Positions 1-15,350 of a stretch of DNA of 64,000 nt are shown here, one piece after another (the stretch's first letter is position 1; each line of letters begins with the position of its first letter). The stretch is from the human T2T-CHM13v2.0 reference genome, Homo sapiens, in the NCBI RefSeq assembly GCF_009914755.1, contig NC_060936.1. One strand, 5' to 3'. The translations under genes and the position numbers were made by a program. The notes beneath the pieces were generated by a model. It did no database searches, had not been told where the DNA came from, and saw only the letters and a program-made list of their open reading frames with translations.

Positions 1-109
1 CTGTTAGAAGAGCCTTGGAGTAAGATAAAAAATGGCATGAAATAGGGTGATGATGATAAAATAGGTGGGTCTAAATGATCTTGTGTAGGTAACATTGGTA
101 AAAGTTTGC

Positions 110-183
110 AGCTAGTAGACATGGGAGGCAAGAATAAAGGAGAGGTTTAGCTAGTAGACATGGGAGGCAAGAATAAAGGAGAG
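110..183. repeat. Tandem duplication: 2 identical 35-bp copies, period 39
   Basis: agctagtagacatgggaggcaagaataaaggagag at 110-144 and 149-183. Confidence 0.95.
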
Positions 184-837
184 CCTGGGGAGAAGGGTAA
201 AGCGAATCAGGTAAAACTTTCTCCATATAAAACATATGTTTTCTTTAGGAATCTTGTTTTCCATCTGAATATTCCATCAGAGGTTATTATATAGCAGCAT
301 GAAGCAACCTGAATGCTGCACAACATGGGTTTTTTAATGAATCTTCTCGTGATTGGTAGTCTATTGATAGTATAGATTGACTTCATACATGAAGCTTTTA
401 TCAAAATTATGGATTTGGCTTTGTAACTTTACCACAAGGTCATGGAAGGAAATTGTAATTTTTCCTTTTTACCTTCATGTCATTGTGAGCGTGATTATTT
501 TAGGATATATGACAAAAATAGCTTATTTTAACAACTATTAACTTGAAACACTCCCAGATGCGCTCTGTCTTAAGATACAGTGTGAGATCTAAAATGCAAA
601 TCTCATGTTTTTTTTTCTTTTCTTTTCTTTTTTATTATACTTTAAGTTCTAGGGTACACGTGCACAACGTCCAGGTTTGTTACATAGGTATGCATGTGTC
701 ATGTTGGTTTGCAGCACCCATCAACTCGTCATTTACATTAGCTATTGCTCCTAATGCTATCCATCCCCCAGCCTCCCACTCCCCGACAGGCATGGGTGTG
801 TGATGTTCCCCACCCTGTGTCCATGTGTTCTCATTGT

Positions 838-4443
<3,606 letters not shown>

Positions 4444-4512
4444 TATGATGTTAGCTGGTTATTTTGCCCATTAATTGATGCAGTTTCTTCATGGCCTTTA
4501 CTTCAATGGTCT

Positions 4513-5537
4513 TTACAATTTGGGATGTTTTTGCAGTGGCTGGTACTGGATGTTCCTTTCCTTGTTTAGTGCTTCCTTCAGGAGCTCTTGTAAGGCAGAC
4601 CTGGTGGTAACAAAATCTCTCAGCATTTGCTTGTCTGTAAAGGATTTTATTTCTCCTTCGCTTACAAAGCTTAGTTTGGCTGGATATGAAATTCCGGGTT
4701 GAAAATTCTTTTCTTTAAGAATGTTGAATATTGGCTCCCACTCTCTTCTGGCTTGTAGGGTTTCTGCTGAGAGAACTGCTGTTAGTCTGATGGGCTTCCC
4801 TTTGTGGGTAACCCGACCTTTCTCTCTGGCTGCCCTTAACATTTTTTCCTTCATTTCAACCTTGGTGAATCTGATGGTTATGTGTCTTGGGGTTGCTATC
4901 TTGAGGAGTATCTTTGTGGTGTTCTCTGTATTTCCTGAATTTGAATGTTGTCCTGCCTTGCTAGGTTGGGGAAGTTCTCCTGGATAATATGCTGAAGAGT
5001 ATTTTCCAACTTGGCTCCATTCTCCCCGTCACTTTCAGGTACACCAATCAAACATAGATTTGGTCTTTTCACATAGTCCCATATTTCTTGGAGGCTTAGT
5101 TGGTTTCTTTTTATTCTTTTTTCTCTAATCTCACCTTCTTGCTTTATTTCATTAATTTGATCTTCAATCACTGATATCCTTTCTTCCACTTGATCAAATT
5201 GGCTACTGAAGCTTGTGCATGTGTCACAAAGTTATCATGCTGTGGTTTTCAGTTCCATCAGGTCAATTAAGGTCTTCTCTACACTGGTTATTCTAGTTAG
5301 CCATTCGTGTAACCTTTTTTCAAGGTTTTTATCTCCCTTGCGACGGGTTAGAACATGCTCCTTTAGCTGGGAGAAGTTTGTTATTACCAACCTTCTGAAG
5401 CCTACTTCTGTCAACTCGTCAAAGTCATTCTCCACCCAGTTTTGTTCCGTTGCTGGCGAGGAGCTGTGATCCTTTGGAGGAGAAGTGGCACTCTGGCTTT
5501 TGGAATTTTCAGCTTTTCTGTTCTGGTTTCTCCCTAT
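4513..5537 (-). pseudogene. Disrupted L1 ORF1
   Basis: Fragments EIWDYVKRPNL and KEKMLRAAREKGRVTHKGKPIRL; start codon appears mutated to ATA at 5537-5535. Confidence 0.9.
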
Positions 5538-6117
5538 CTTTGTGATTTTATCTACCTTTGGTCTTTGATGTTGGTGACCTAGAGATGGGGTTTTGGTGTG
5601 GATGTTCTTTTTGTTGATGTTGATGCTATTCCTTTCTGTTCGTTCATTTTCCTTCTTACAGTCAGGTCCCTCAGCTGCAGGTCTGTTGGAGTTTGCTGGA
5701 GATCCACTCCAGACCCTGTTTGCCTGGATACCACCAGTGGAGGCTGCAGAACAGCAAATATTGCTGCCTGATCCTTCCTCTGGAAGTCTCTTTTCAGAAA
5801 GGCACCAGCCTATATGAGGTGTCTATCAGCCCCTGCTAGGAGGTATCTCCCAGTCAGGCTGCACGAGGGTCAGGGACTCACTTGAAGAGGCAGTCTGTCT
5901 GTTCTCAGAGCTCAAATGCTGTGCTTGGAGAACCACTGCTGTCTTCAGAGCTGTCAGACAGAGACATTTAAGTTTGCAGAAGTTTCTGCTGCCTTTTGTT
6001 CAGCTATGCCCTGCCCACAGAGGTGGAGTCTACAGGTGTTAGGCCTTGCGGTGTTGTGGTGGGCTCCACTCAGTTCAAGCTTCCTGGCCACTTTGTTTAC
6101 CTACTCAAGCCTCAACA

Positions 6118-6267
6118 ATGGTGGACACCCCTCCCCCCGCCAGGCTGCAGCCTAGCAGGTTGATGTCAGACTGCTGCACTAGCAGTGAGCTAGGCTCTGT
6201 TGGCCTGGGATCCACAGAGCCAGGCATGGGAGGGAATGCCCTGGTCTGCTGGTTGCTAAGACCATGA
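6118..6267 (+). CDS. L1 antisense ORF0 homologue, 49 aa, truncated by TGA; expression unknown
   Basis: MVDTPPPARLQPSRLMSDCCTSSELGSVGLGSTEPG aligns with L1 ORF0 (MAGAPPPASLPPCSLISDCCASN...SVGVGPSEPG); ATG in the strong context ACAATGG; antisense within the L1 5'UTR. Confidence 0.6.
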   Translation: MVDTPPPARLQPSRLMSDCCTSSELGSVGLGSTEPGMGGNALVCWLLRP

Positions 6268-6537
6268 GAAAAATGCAGTATTTGGGTGGAAGTGTACCAT
6301 TTCTCCAGGTACAGTCTGTCACGGCTTCCCTTGGCTAGGAAAGGGAAATACCCCTACCCCTTGCACTTCCTGGGTGAGGCGACATCCCCCACCTGCTTTG
6401 GCTTGCCCTTCATGGGCTGCACCCACTGTCCAACCAGTCCCAGTGAGATTAACCAGGTGCCACAGTTGGAAATGCAGAAATCACCTGTCTTCTGCATTGA
6501 TCTCACTGGGAGCTGCAGACCAGAGCTGTTCCTATTT

Positions 6538-6548
6538 GGCCATCTTGG
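6538..6548 (-). promoter_or_regulatory. YY1 site at the L1 5' end, intact
   Basis: CCAAGATGGCC on the minus strand at the canonical L1 +10 to +20 position. Confidence 0.7.
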
Positions 6549-8215
6549 AAGTGACTCCAATTGCATGGTTTTAATACCAGCTTTTCTTTTGCTGACTGGC
6601 ATAGGGAAGACCCTGGCTGGCTATCTCTCTTACATGCTTAATGATAACTTTTCAAAAATTGGGTTTCTAGATATTATTCTTCTGACTTTGTGGTTTACTA
6701 GGGTGAGGGAGTATAGTTTGACAAAGGTTATTCTTCAACACAGTGCAGTTCTCAAGCATTTTAATAATTAAAAATTAATTTCAATGAACAAACACCTCTT
6801 TTAAAATGCAAGTACACCTTTGGAGAATTAGTTTTATCAGGCATTTATATCTTCATATGAATTAACCTAATGACCTAATGTGTCAGGCCTAGCTGATATA
6901 GTGGAAGTAGAAATTTTAGTGGGTGAGGAGCTAAAGCAGAACTAATTGATTTTAGCATATAAGACAAGAGACAGGTCTAGGTAGGAAACAGGAAAGCAGA
7001 GAAATAGAGGGATCCGAGAAGCTAAGGAGGGAAGGAAACAAGAGGAAAGAGAAAAGAACACAAGGAAAAGTGTGAAGTCTCCTAAAATGCATTTTACTCT
7101 CATCTGTTTTTCTCTCTATGTAAATGGATTGTAGTTGAACTGGTTACTTGCCATAGTACATAGCATGAATATCCCATTTTTAGGTAGAGAATTTAACCAG
7201 GAATGTTAAGATGGGCTTATCGTCAAAAAGAGGGTTATAACAAGTATTATCTAAGAAACACAATGTTGGCAGTTAGTCTCCAACATTTTGGAGAGAAATT
7301 AAAAAAAAATCTGTGCAGCAGGCTAATTTATTTAGTGATGTATGTAGGCTTGCAGGATACAATTATTGTCTGACGGCACAGCAGGGGCCCATGTTACTGA
7401 GGCAACATCCATGGGGACTCCTGAGGTTAACCTATGGCAAGAGGGATGCCTAGGACACCTCATCAAACATTTTAAACATTTTTCAGGCTTTGATAATCCT
7501 TGTTGTGTGTTCCAGAACAGAGTGCTAAGGTCTCTGGCAAACATTGTTCAACTGTTTCACGGGGAAAAACCTTTCAGTAGCTACATGTGCAAATGGGTTT
7601 TCTCTTATTTAGACAAGAGTAAATTCTGTTAGACTTCCTAATTTTCATAATGGAATATTTATTTTCCTACCTGTTTATTTAGTGTCCAGAGGATCTGCCT
7701 GCAAATCAGCAATAAAGCTACTATCATTCCAGGCTTTCATTAGTGAGAATAACTTACTTGTCTCATACTCTGTGCCTATTAAAAGCCTTGGTGGGAGAAA
7801 TGGCTTTTAGGGACATTCACTTGAAGGACAATCTATGAAGTCATTCCTATAAAAATTCCCAAAATCTCTGAGTTTATTATTACCAACAGATGACCACGTA
7901 TTTGGAACATGTCACCTCTGCCTTCAACAGAATGACCTACTTTGGATTGGATTTTACTGTAAGGATTTTAGCTTTCAACAAAGTCACCTAAAGCATGGGG
8001 CTCCTCTAGGGGCTGTGTAATTGTGTGCATGAGAACATCATTCATTCTTCTGCCCTTAAGAACCTGTTACTGATGTTTATGTTCTTGCTTCTATTGATCA
8101 CGTCTGGCAGAAATACGTATTTTCACATTTGCACCATTTAGTAGAGAAAGGAAGTTCCCTTTGCTAAGAATTCTTTTTGTTCCAGTTTTGGATTATTTGA
8201 GAACTGAATAGTACT

Positions 8216-8292
8216 CTAGAAACCATCTGGTAAGCTTGTTTCTAGTCTGAGTTCCTGGAAACCATTTGGTAAGCTTGTTTCCAGTCTGAGTT
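8216..8292. repeat. 39-bp-period tandem duplication, each unit an 8-bp-stem hairpin, running into a MIR fragment (~8270-8360)
   Basis: ctagaaaccatctggtaagcttgtttctagtctgagtt / ctggaaaccatttggtaagcttgtttccagtctgagtt. Confidence 0.9.
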
Positions 8293-8382
8293 GCATAGCC
8301 AATAATTATGTGACCTTCAGCAAATTATTTAATGCTCTACCTCAACTCATTCTTTAAAAAATTTTATTGTAAGAATTTTTCA

Positions 8383-8722
<340 letters not shown>

Positions 8723-8819
8723 TTACTATGTGTTATGAATATCAATAAGTTATTCCATTTTTTAACAAATTGCTAATTTGCTAGAGAAAATTTTTATCTC
8801 AAGTTGGCTTTTTTTTAAA

Positions 8820-10890
8820 GGCTATTTTTTAGAGCGCTTTTAAGGTCACAGCAAAATTGGTCAACAAGTACAGAGATTTCCCTTTGCCTCCACACATGCA
8901 CAACTCCCCCATTGTCAACATACCCCACCATTGACACATCATTATCACAGAGTCCATAGTTTACATTGGGATTCATTGTTGGTGTTGTACATTCTATGGG
9001 TTTTCATAAATGTATACTGACATGTATCCACCATTATAGTATCATACAGAATAATTTCCCTGCCCTAAAAATCATCTGTGCTCTCTCTATTCATCCTTCC
9101 CTCCTCCTAACACATACTGATCTTTTTAATATCTCCATAGTTTGCCTTTTCCAAGATGTTGTATAGTTGGAACCATACAGTATGTGGCCTTTTCAGATTG
9201 GCTTCTTCTGCTTAGTAATACGCATTTAGGGCTCCTCCCTGCTTTTCATGGCTTTATAGCTCATTTCTTTTTAGCACTGAATAAGATTTCATTGTCTGGA
9301 TGTACCACAGTTTATTTATTCATTCAACAACTAAAGGACAATTTGGTTGCTTCCAAGTTTTGGCAATTATGAATTTGGATGCTATAAACATCCCTGTGCA
9401 GGTTTTTGCATGGACATACGTTTTTAACTCATGTGGGTAAGTATCAAGGGGTGCAATTGGTAAGAGTATGTTTAGTTTAGTACGAAACTGCCAAACTGTC
9501 TTCCAAAGTGGCTGTACCATTTTGCACTCTCACCCACAGTGAATGAGAGTTCCTGTTTCTCCACATCCCTGCCAGCAGTTGGTGGTGTCAGTGTTTTGAA
9601 TTTTGGCTATTCTAATAGGTGTGTAGTGGTATTTCATTTTTGTTTTAATTTGCAAGTCCCTAATGACATATTATGTTAAACATCTTTTTATAGGTTTATT
9701 TACCGTCTATATATCTTCTTTGGTGAGCTGTCCAGGTCTTCCGCCTATCTTTAAATGGAGTTGTTAGTTTTCTTACAGTTGGATTTTAAGGATTCTTGTA
9801 TATTTTAGTTAAGAATCATTTATCAGATATATCGTTTGCAAATATTTGTGGTTTGTCTTCTCATCCTCTCGACATATCTTTTGTAGAGTAGAAGTTTTTA
9901 ACTTTAATACAATTGTACTTACCAATTGTTTGTTTCATGAATTGTGCCTTTGGTGTTGTATTTAAAAAGTCATTGCCACGCCCAATACAAATGGTCATCC
10001 AGATTTTTTCTAATGTCATCTTCTAGGAGTTTTATACATATATACATTTTACATTTAGGTATATGATCTATTTTGAGTGAAGTTTTTGTAAAGGCTATAA
10101 GTCCTGTGTTTAGATTATTATTTTTTTTCTTTTTCAGCATTTGCTGAAAATACTATCTTGGCTCCACTGTATTGCGTTTCCTCCTTTGTGGAAGATCGGT
10201 TGACTATGTTCATGTAGGACTATTTCTGAGTTTTCTATTCTGTTCAATTGATTTATTTGTTTATTCTTTGGACAATACAACACTGTCTGGATTAGTGTAC
10301 CTATTTAGTAGCTTTGATGTCAGGTAGTGTTAGTTCTCTGTTCTTCTCTTTCAATATTGTGTTGACTATTATGGGTATTTTGCCTTTCTATATAAACTTT
10401 AGAATCAGTTTGTTGATATCCACAAAATAATTTGCAGGAATTTTGATTGAGACTATGTTGAATCTACAGATAAATTTGGGAAAAACTGACATCTTGAAAA
10501 TGTTGAGTTTTCCAATCCATGACCATAGAATATCTCTCTATTTGTTTAGCTCTTCTTAAACCTTTCATCAGAGTTTTCTAGTTTTCCTTATGTAGATCTT
10601 GCAAATATTTTGTTAGATTTACACCTAAGTGTTTCGTTTTTATGGGTGCCAATGTAAATTATAATATGCCTTTAACTTCAAAGTTTACTTGCTTATTGCT
10701 AGTATATAGGAAAGCAGTTGACTTTTGTATATTAGCTTTGTATCCTGCAACCTTAATATAATTGCTTATTAGTTCCTGGATTTTTTGTTGATATTTTCAG
10801 ATTTTCCACATAGACAATCATGTCATCTTCAAATACTTTTTAATGTTTTCCTTCCCAATATGAATGCCTTTTATCTTTTTTCTTATTTTC
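8820..10890 (-). mobile_element. Old L1 (L1MC1/2-like) 3'UTR plus ORF2 3' part
   Basis: L1MC-type 3' end (ttttagagc...cagcaaaattg...agtacagagatttccc); remnant [11 protein letters not shown]. Confidence 0.85.
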
Positions 10891-13575
10891 TTATTCTTTT
10901 CTTTTTTTTTTCATTACCTCAAGCCATTTTTACCAGACAGTTTGTAGTATCTAATGAAATGATATGGGAAATGGCTTTTAAAACAACGAAGTGTGGAGTC
11001 TTTATGTTAGGATGGGAAATTGCCAATAGTTACTGCATCTCCCTCTTCTAATTTTATATAAAAGTATTCAGGCAGGCACACAGAACCACACAAGATCATG
11101 ACAACTCTGAATACCAAGACTATTGACTTTTTAATGACTAATGTAGTAGAACAAAATTAATATTTGTTGAACTAAGTAATGATTAATAACTAGTAAGATC
11201 TTGTGTAAAATTACCGTTAACCACATTGATCTCTGAAACAGCTGAGCTAAGCCAGAAGATGAAAAGAGATTTCACTCGGTCCCCTACACACCCAACCCTA
11301 CCATGAAATAGAGCTTGAGAATGACAACCATCTCTCCCAGAACACCCTCCACCCATCTCCTGGGACTGATTTCTGATAAGGTCACACTCTATTCTATCAG
11401 CAGCCCTCTTCCTACATTTTTTTGAAGTCTACAATTACTAGTACTGCAGCTCAGCCCAGAGGGGAAGGAGGGCAGTACAGCATTGCATTCTGAAAAATGA
11501 AGTTGTCAGAGACAGGGAGTGCCCTGCAAACAATGCATTCTGAGTTTTATATTTACTTTATATTCTTCTGATGGAAAATGATGGTAAATGTTTCATGCTA
11601 CCCTGAGAGAAACTCTTCATACCATGCTAAGAGGCAGTAGGAGTAGGAGATTTCTGTCCAGCAGAGCCATGTTTGCATGTTTCTGTTATATATTTAAAAT
11701 GCACACACACACAAAACTAACCAGGGGCTGTGCACAAACACCTGCCATTCTGTTAAGATCTGAGAAGATTCTAGCAATCCCCAAATGACGAATGAAGAAT
11801 ACTGAAGTAAATCTGCATGCCCCATGCATTGGCAAATAGCATGTTAGGGTTACTCCACATTTCTGAGAAATGGTAAGTGGGTGGTGGGAGGAAAACCAAC
11901 AGGAGTTTCTATGGTAGTTAATTCCTGAAACATTGTAATAAATGCAATTGACCGGTCTCTTTCCTTGTGTTGGGAAAAAAGCAAAAAGAATCATGAATGG
12001 CACAATGATGATCATTCACTACCTCATTAACTTTGGATGCAAGTTGCCATATCGATAGAAATTATTTTTAGGAAGATAAAAGTTGGCATTTAGCCAAAGG
12101 CTGCCCCTTAATTTGGATGTGCTCACTTGTATGATACTTAACCTTTCATGAGTGCATTGGGGGCATATTTCCCACAGCATGGTATCCCAGAAGCTCGGTG
12201 CCCTCCAGAATGACTGTCTATAGATCTGGCTGCATTAACTCAGAAATGAACTCTACTCTCAGGTATCCAAAATGAAGCTCTATCATGTAGATAAATAGTG
12301 AGCTAAATGTGTAAAAGCCCATTATTCAAGTAATATCAATATTTCCCAACTAAGTGCCCTTTTCTGCACTGCAGGCAACCTTGATAAAAGCATTTCTTTT
12401 TTTTTAATCAAAAAAATCATTTGAAAGTAAGAAAATTTAGATATGATTCTCTGACATTAGATGCTGTACATTATGTTCCCTCCTTAAGAAATAGGTATTT
12501 TTATCCCAGCATATATGCATAGAACAATGTTCTAAACAATTTTGTTTTATATTTGGGAGGTATATTGTACCCATTTAGAGCTAACATGTGAATTCATTCT
12601 TAGTCAAATGAGGAAGTTTCATAATCTTAATAAGCTCATCTTAGATGCAATTTTAGAAAAACACATGGCCCTTCTCAAATCTTACGTCTGCTTTTAATTT
12701 TGAAAGGTGAGAAGGTCAAGAAAATCTAGGTCATATAAAATACTTGCTGATGTGGCTGCATTTTGCCTTAAATGTTACCACTGTTTAATAGTTTTCTTGT
12801 TTTCATTCCCCACCTTTACCCCGCATATCTGTTCTCTTCTATGCTTTCTTTCACTGTGCACCCATGGTTCCCCCACAATTTTTTCTGCATGCATTTTTAT
12901 CTTTTTGCCTTGTTTTTGCTTGTTTGTTTTGTTTGTTTGCTCTTCTCTTTCCAATGTATCCATATGCATGTGGCGAAGCATATATATGTGTGTGTTAATA
13001 TATGTATATATGTATATGTGCATCTGTAAATCTTTGTCTATTTAAAAAATATGTATGCATGTGTATGGTTGGTTTGGGGATATGGTATGTAGATATTAGG
13101 CTCTGTAAGGACACTTGGGGAATGGAATAATTGTAGTTATTGTCTGAATGCTTGATGGATTTAAAATGTGTGACATGATGGAACAAGTCATCTTGGAATT
13201 TTCTCTCTTTCCATTGCCTTTTAAAGTGCAGAGTAAGGAATCTTTTTATGTGCCAAACTTTGGCAGAATGTTGAAGCATTATGACCATAGTTATTCACAG
13301 CTTCATGTAGGAAGACTTCCTATATAGTCTTCCTATTCAACAACTTTAAGAAAAAGATCAGTGATCAAACACAATCTATTCATTATGAAATGAATCATTC
13401 ATTTAGATGTTCTCACAGACTTGATACATCATAAATATTTGGGAAGCTACATCGGTGATGTCATTTCTCCAGATATTTAAAACTCCCCAGAAGGGAGGAA
13501 CTATGTGAAGATGATTCTGCTGTGCTTTCAGGAATCACTTCTACTAAAAATGTTTCTACTATTTTAAGTGATCTT

Positions 13576-13650
13576 TTAAAAAAACAGTTTATTTTAATTT
13601 TTGTGGGTACATTGTAGGTATATATATTTATGGGGTACATGAGATGCTCT
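13576..13650 (-). mobile_element. Extremely 5'-truncated L1MA2/3-type insertion with 16-bp TSD
   Basis: Matches the 3' end at 31541-31597; TSD tattttaagtgatctt (13560-13575) / tattttaagttatctt (13651-13666). Confidence 0.85.
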
Positions 13651-13859
13651 TATTTTAAGTTATCTTGAGGCAAGTGATAATATTTTTCTTGACCTTGTAA
13701 GGAGACAGTTCATAAAGAGTTTCTAGAAATTATTTTCTTCAACTACATTTTCAGTTCTTTGAAAGTATAAATTGATTTTTAAAGAAAAATTTTAATGTTG
13801 ATTTAAAAACGGTAAAGCTCTGTGACCACTACAAATATTGATTAATAAAGAATGCAAAA

Positions 13860-15350
13860 TATATAACAGGATTTGTTATAGTTTAGGACAAACTGATCCA
13901 AAAATTCACAAAAAAAGAGACAATGTAAAAGAATAGCCAAGAAAATTTTAAGAAAAAATAATACTGGGCATTTGCCTTATTGTATACCAATGCAAACTTT
14001 TAAATATAGGCATTTAAGTAGTGTAATTTGAGCAAAGAGACAAACTCATACCTATGGGATAGAATAGAGAGACCAGAAAGAGATACACATACGTAGACAT
14101 TTAGAAATGGCTGCATTTGCAATCAGGAGAAATTAGGCAATAAACTAGTGTTTGGAAACTGAAAATTTGGATAAAAAGTTGTTAGACACCTACGTAAAAT
14201 ACACAAAAAAATGGAAATGGATTAAACAACTAAATAATAAATAATGAAAATATTAGAAGAATGTGGAGGAAATATTATTATAATCTTGGTATGGTGAAGG
14301 TTTAATAAGGCAAGACCCAAATTCAGAAGCAATGAAATTAACCACAGATTTGGGTACATAAAAATGTTAAATGTTTATATGCTCCAACACCATAATTCAA
14401 GGAAAAAGAGAAATAACAGACCAGGCAAAAATGATAAAATTATATAACCAACAAGGGGTTAAAATTCACAAGCAATAATAAAAAGGCAGTACAGTAGAAA
14501 TATGAGAAAAGGACAGATATAAGCAAGTCATAGCATATGTATGTGTATAATAACAAAGTAATGTATTCATATAATGACCAAAACAAATCATTATTAGTAA
14601 TCACGGAAATTCAAGTAAACTAATACAGGCACATACACATATATTGCCAGAGTGTCAGAAATTTTAAAAGTTATACTATCTAGTGTTGACAAAGACAGAT
14701 ATACACACTAACACTCATACAGTATAGGTAAAGTGGTTAGCATTTTGGGTAGATTTTTTGTTGTATTTTTAAAATTGAATTACTCTACTTTAAAATTTAT
14801 CTTACAAAAATACATGTATATGTACTCAGATATGAATGTGCAAAGATATTCATTTCAACATGGCTTATAATAGTGAAAACCAACAAATCACACAAGTATT
14901 TATATTAAGAGGAATGATTAAATAGATTATAGTTTACAGTATATTCACAGAATTGGAAGTATAATGTGTCAGTTAGAAAGAATGGGGATGTATATATTCT
15001 GAACATTTAGCAATCTCCTAGATATATTGGTGAAAAAAATTAAATTGCAGAGTAATACAGTCTGAGAAAAACAACTTTTACTTTTATGCATGTGTGTATG
15101 TACATGCACATGCACATACACACAAGCACACACACACATATATAAATTCCATTAAAAGGATAAACTCCACACTGTTAGTAGCAATTGCTCCTTGGGAAGG
15201 AAAGTGAGAAATGGGAGTAGAGAGAGAAAGAGGTGATTTGGGACAGAAGTGATGGAAGTGATGGAGTTCTTTCATTTTTAGTCCAAGTATTTCTGTGAAT
15301 TTTTTTTGCAATATGCATATATTTTCATTACTTACTTAAATTTAAAACAA
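13860..15350 (+). mobile_element. Highly diverged L1ME-type fragment (ORF2 end and 3'UTR)
   Basis: A-rich, with L1 motifs (aagaatagccaag, gaatagagagaccagaaa, gcaaagatattcatttcaacat). Confidence 0.7.

Noticed and set aside
8216-8292. Palindromic repeats resembling a CRISPR array
   Set aside because: Only two adjacent units, no unique spacers, primate context, no cas genes
12690-12712. Possible recursive splice site (ttttgaaAG/GTGAGA)
   Set aside because: AAG acceptor and short tract; too weak without expression data
15085-15142. Inverted TG/CA run
   Set aside because: Low-complexity RY repeat within an L1ME 3'UTR; complementarity expected by chance
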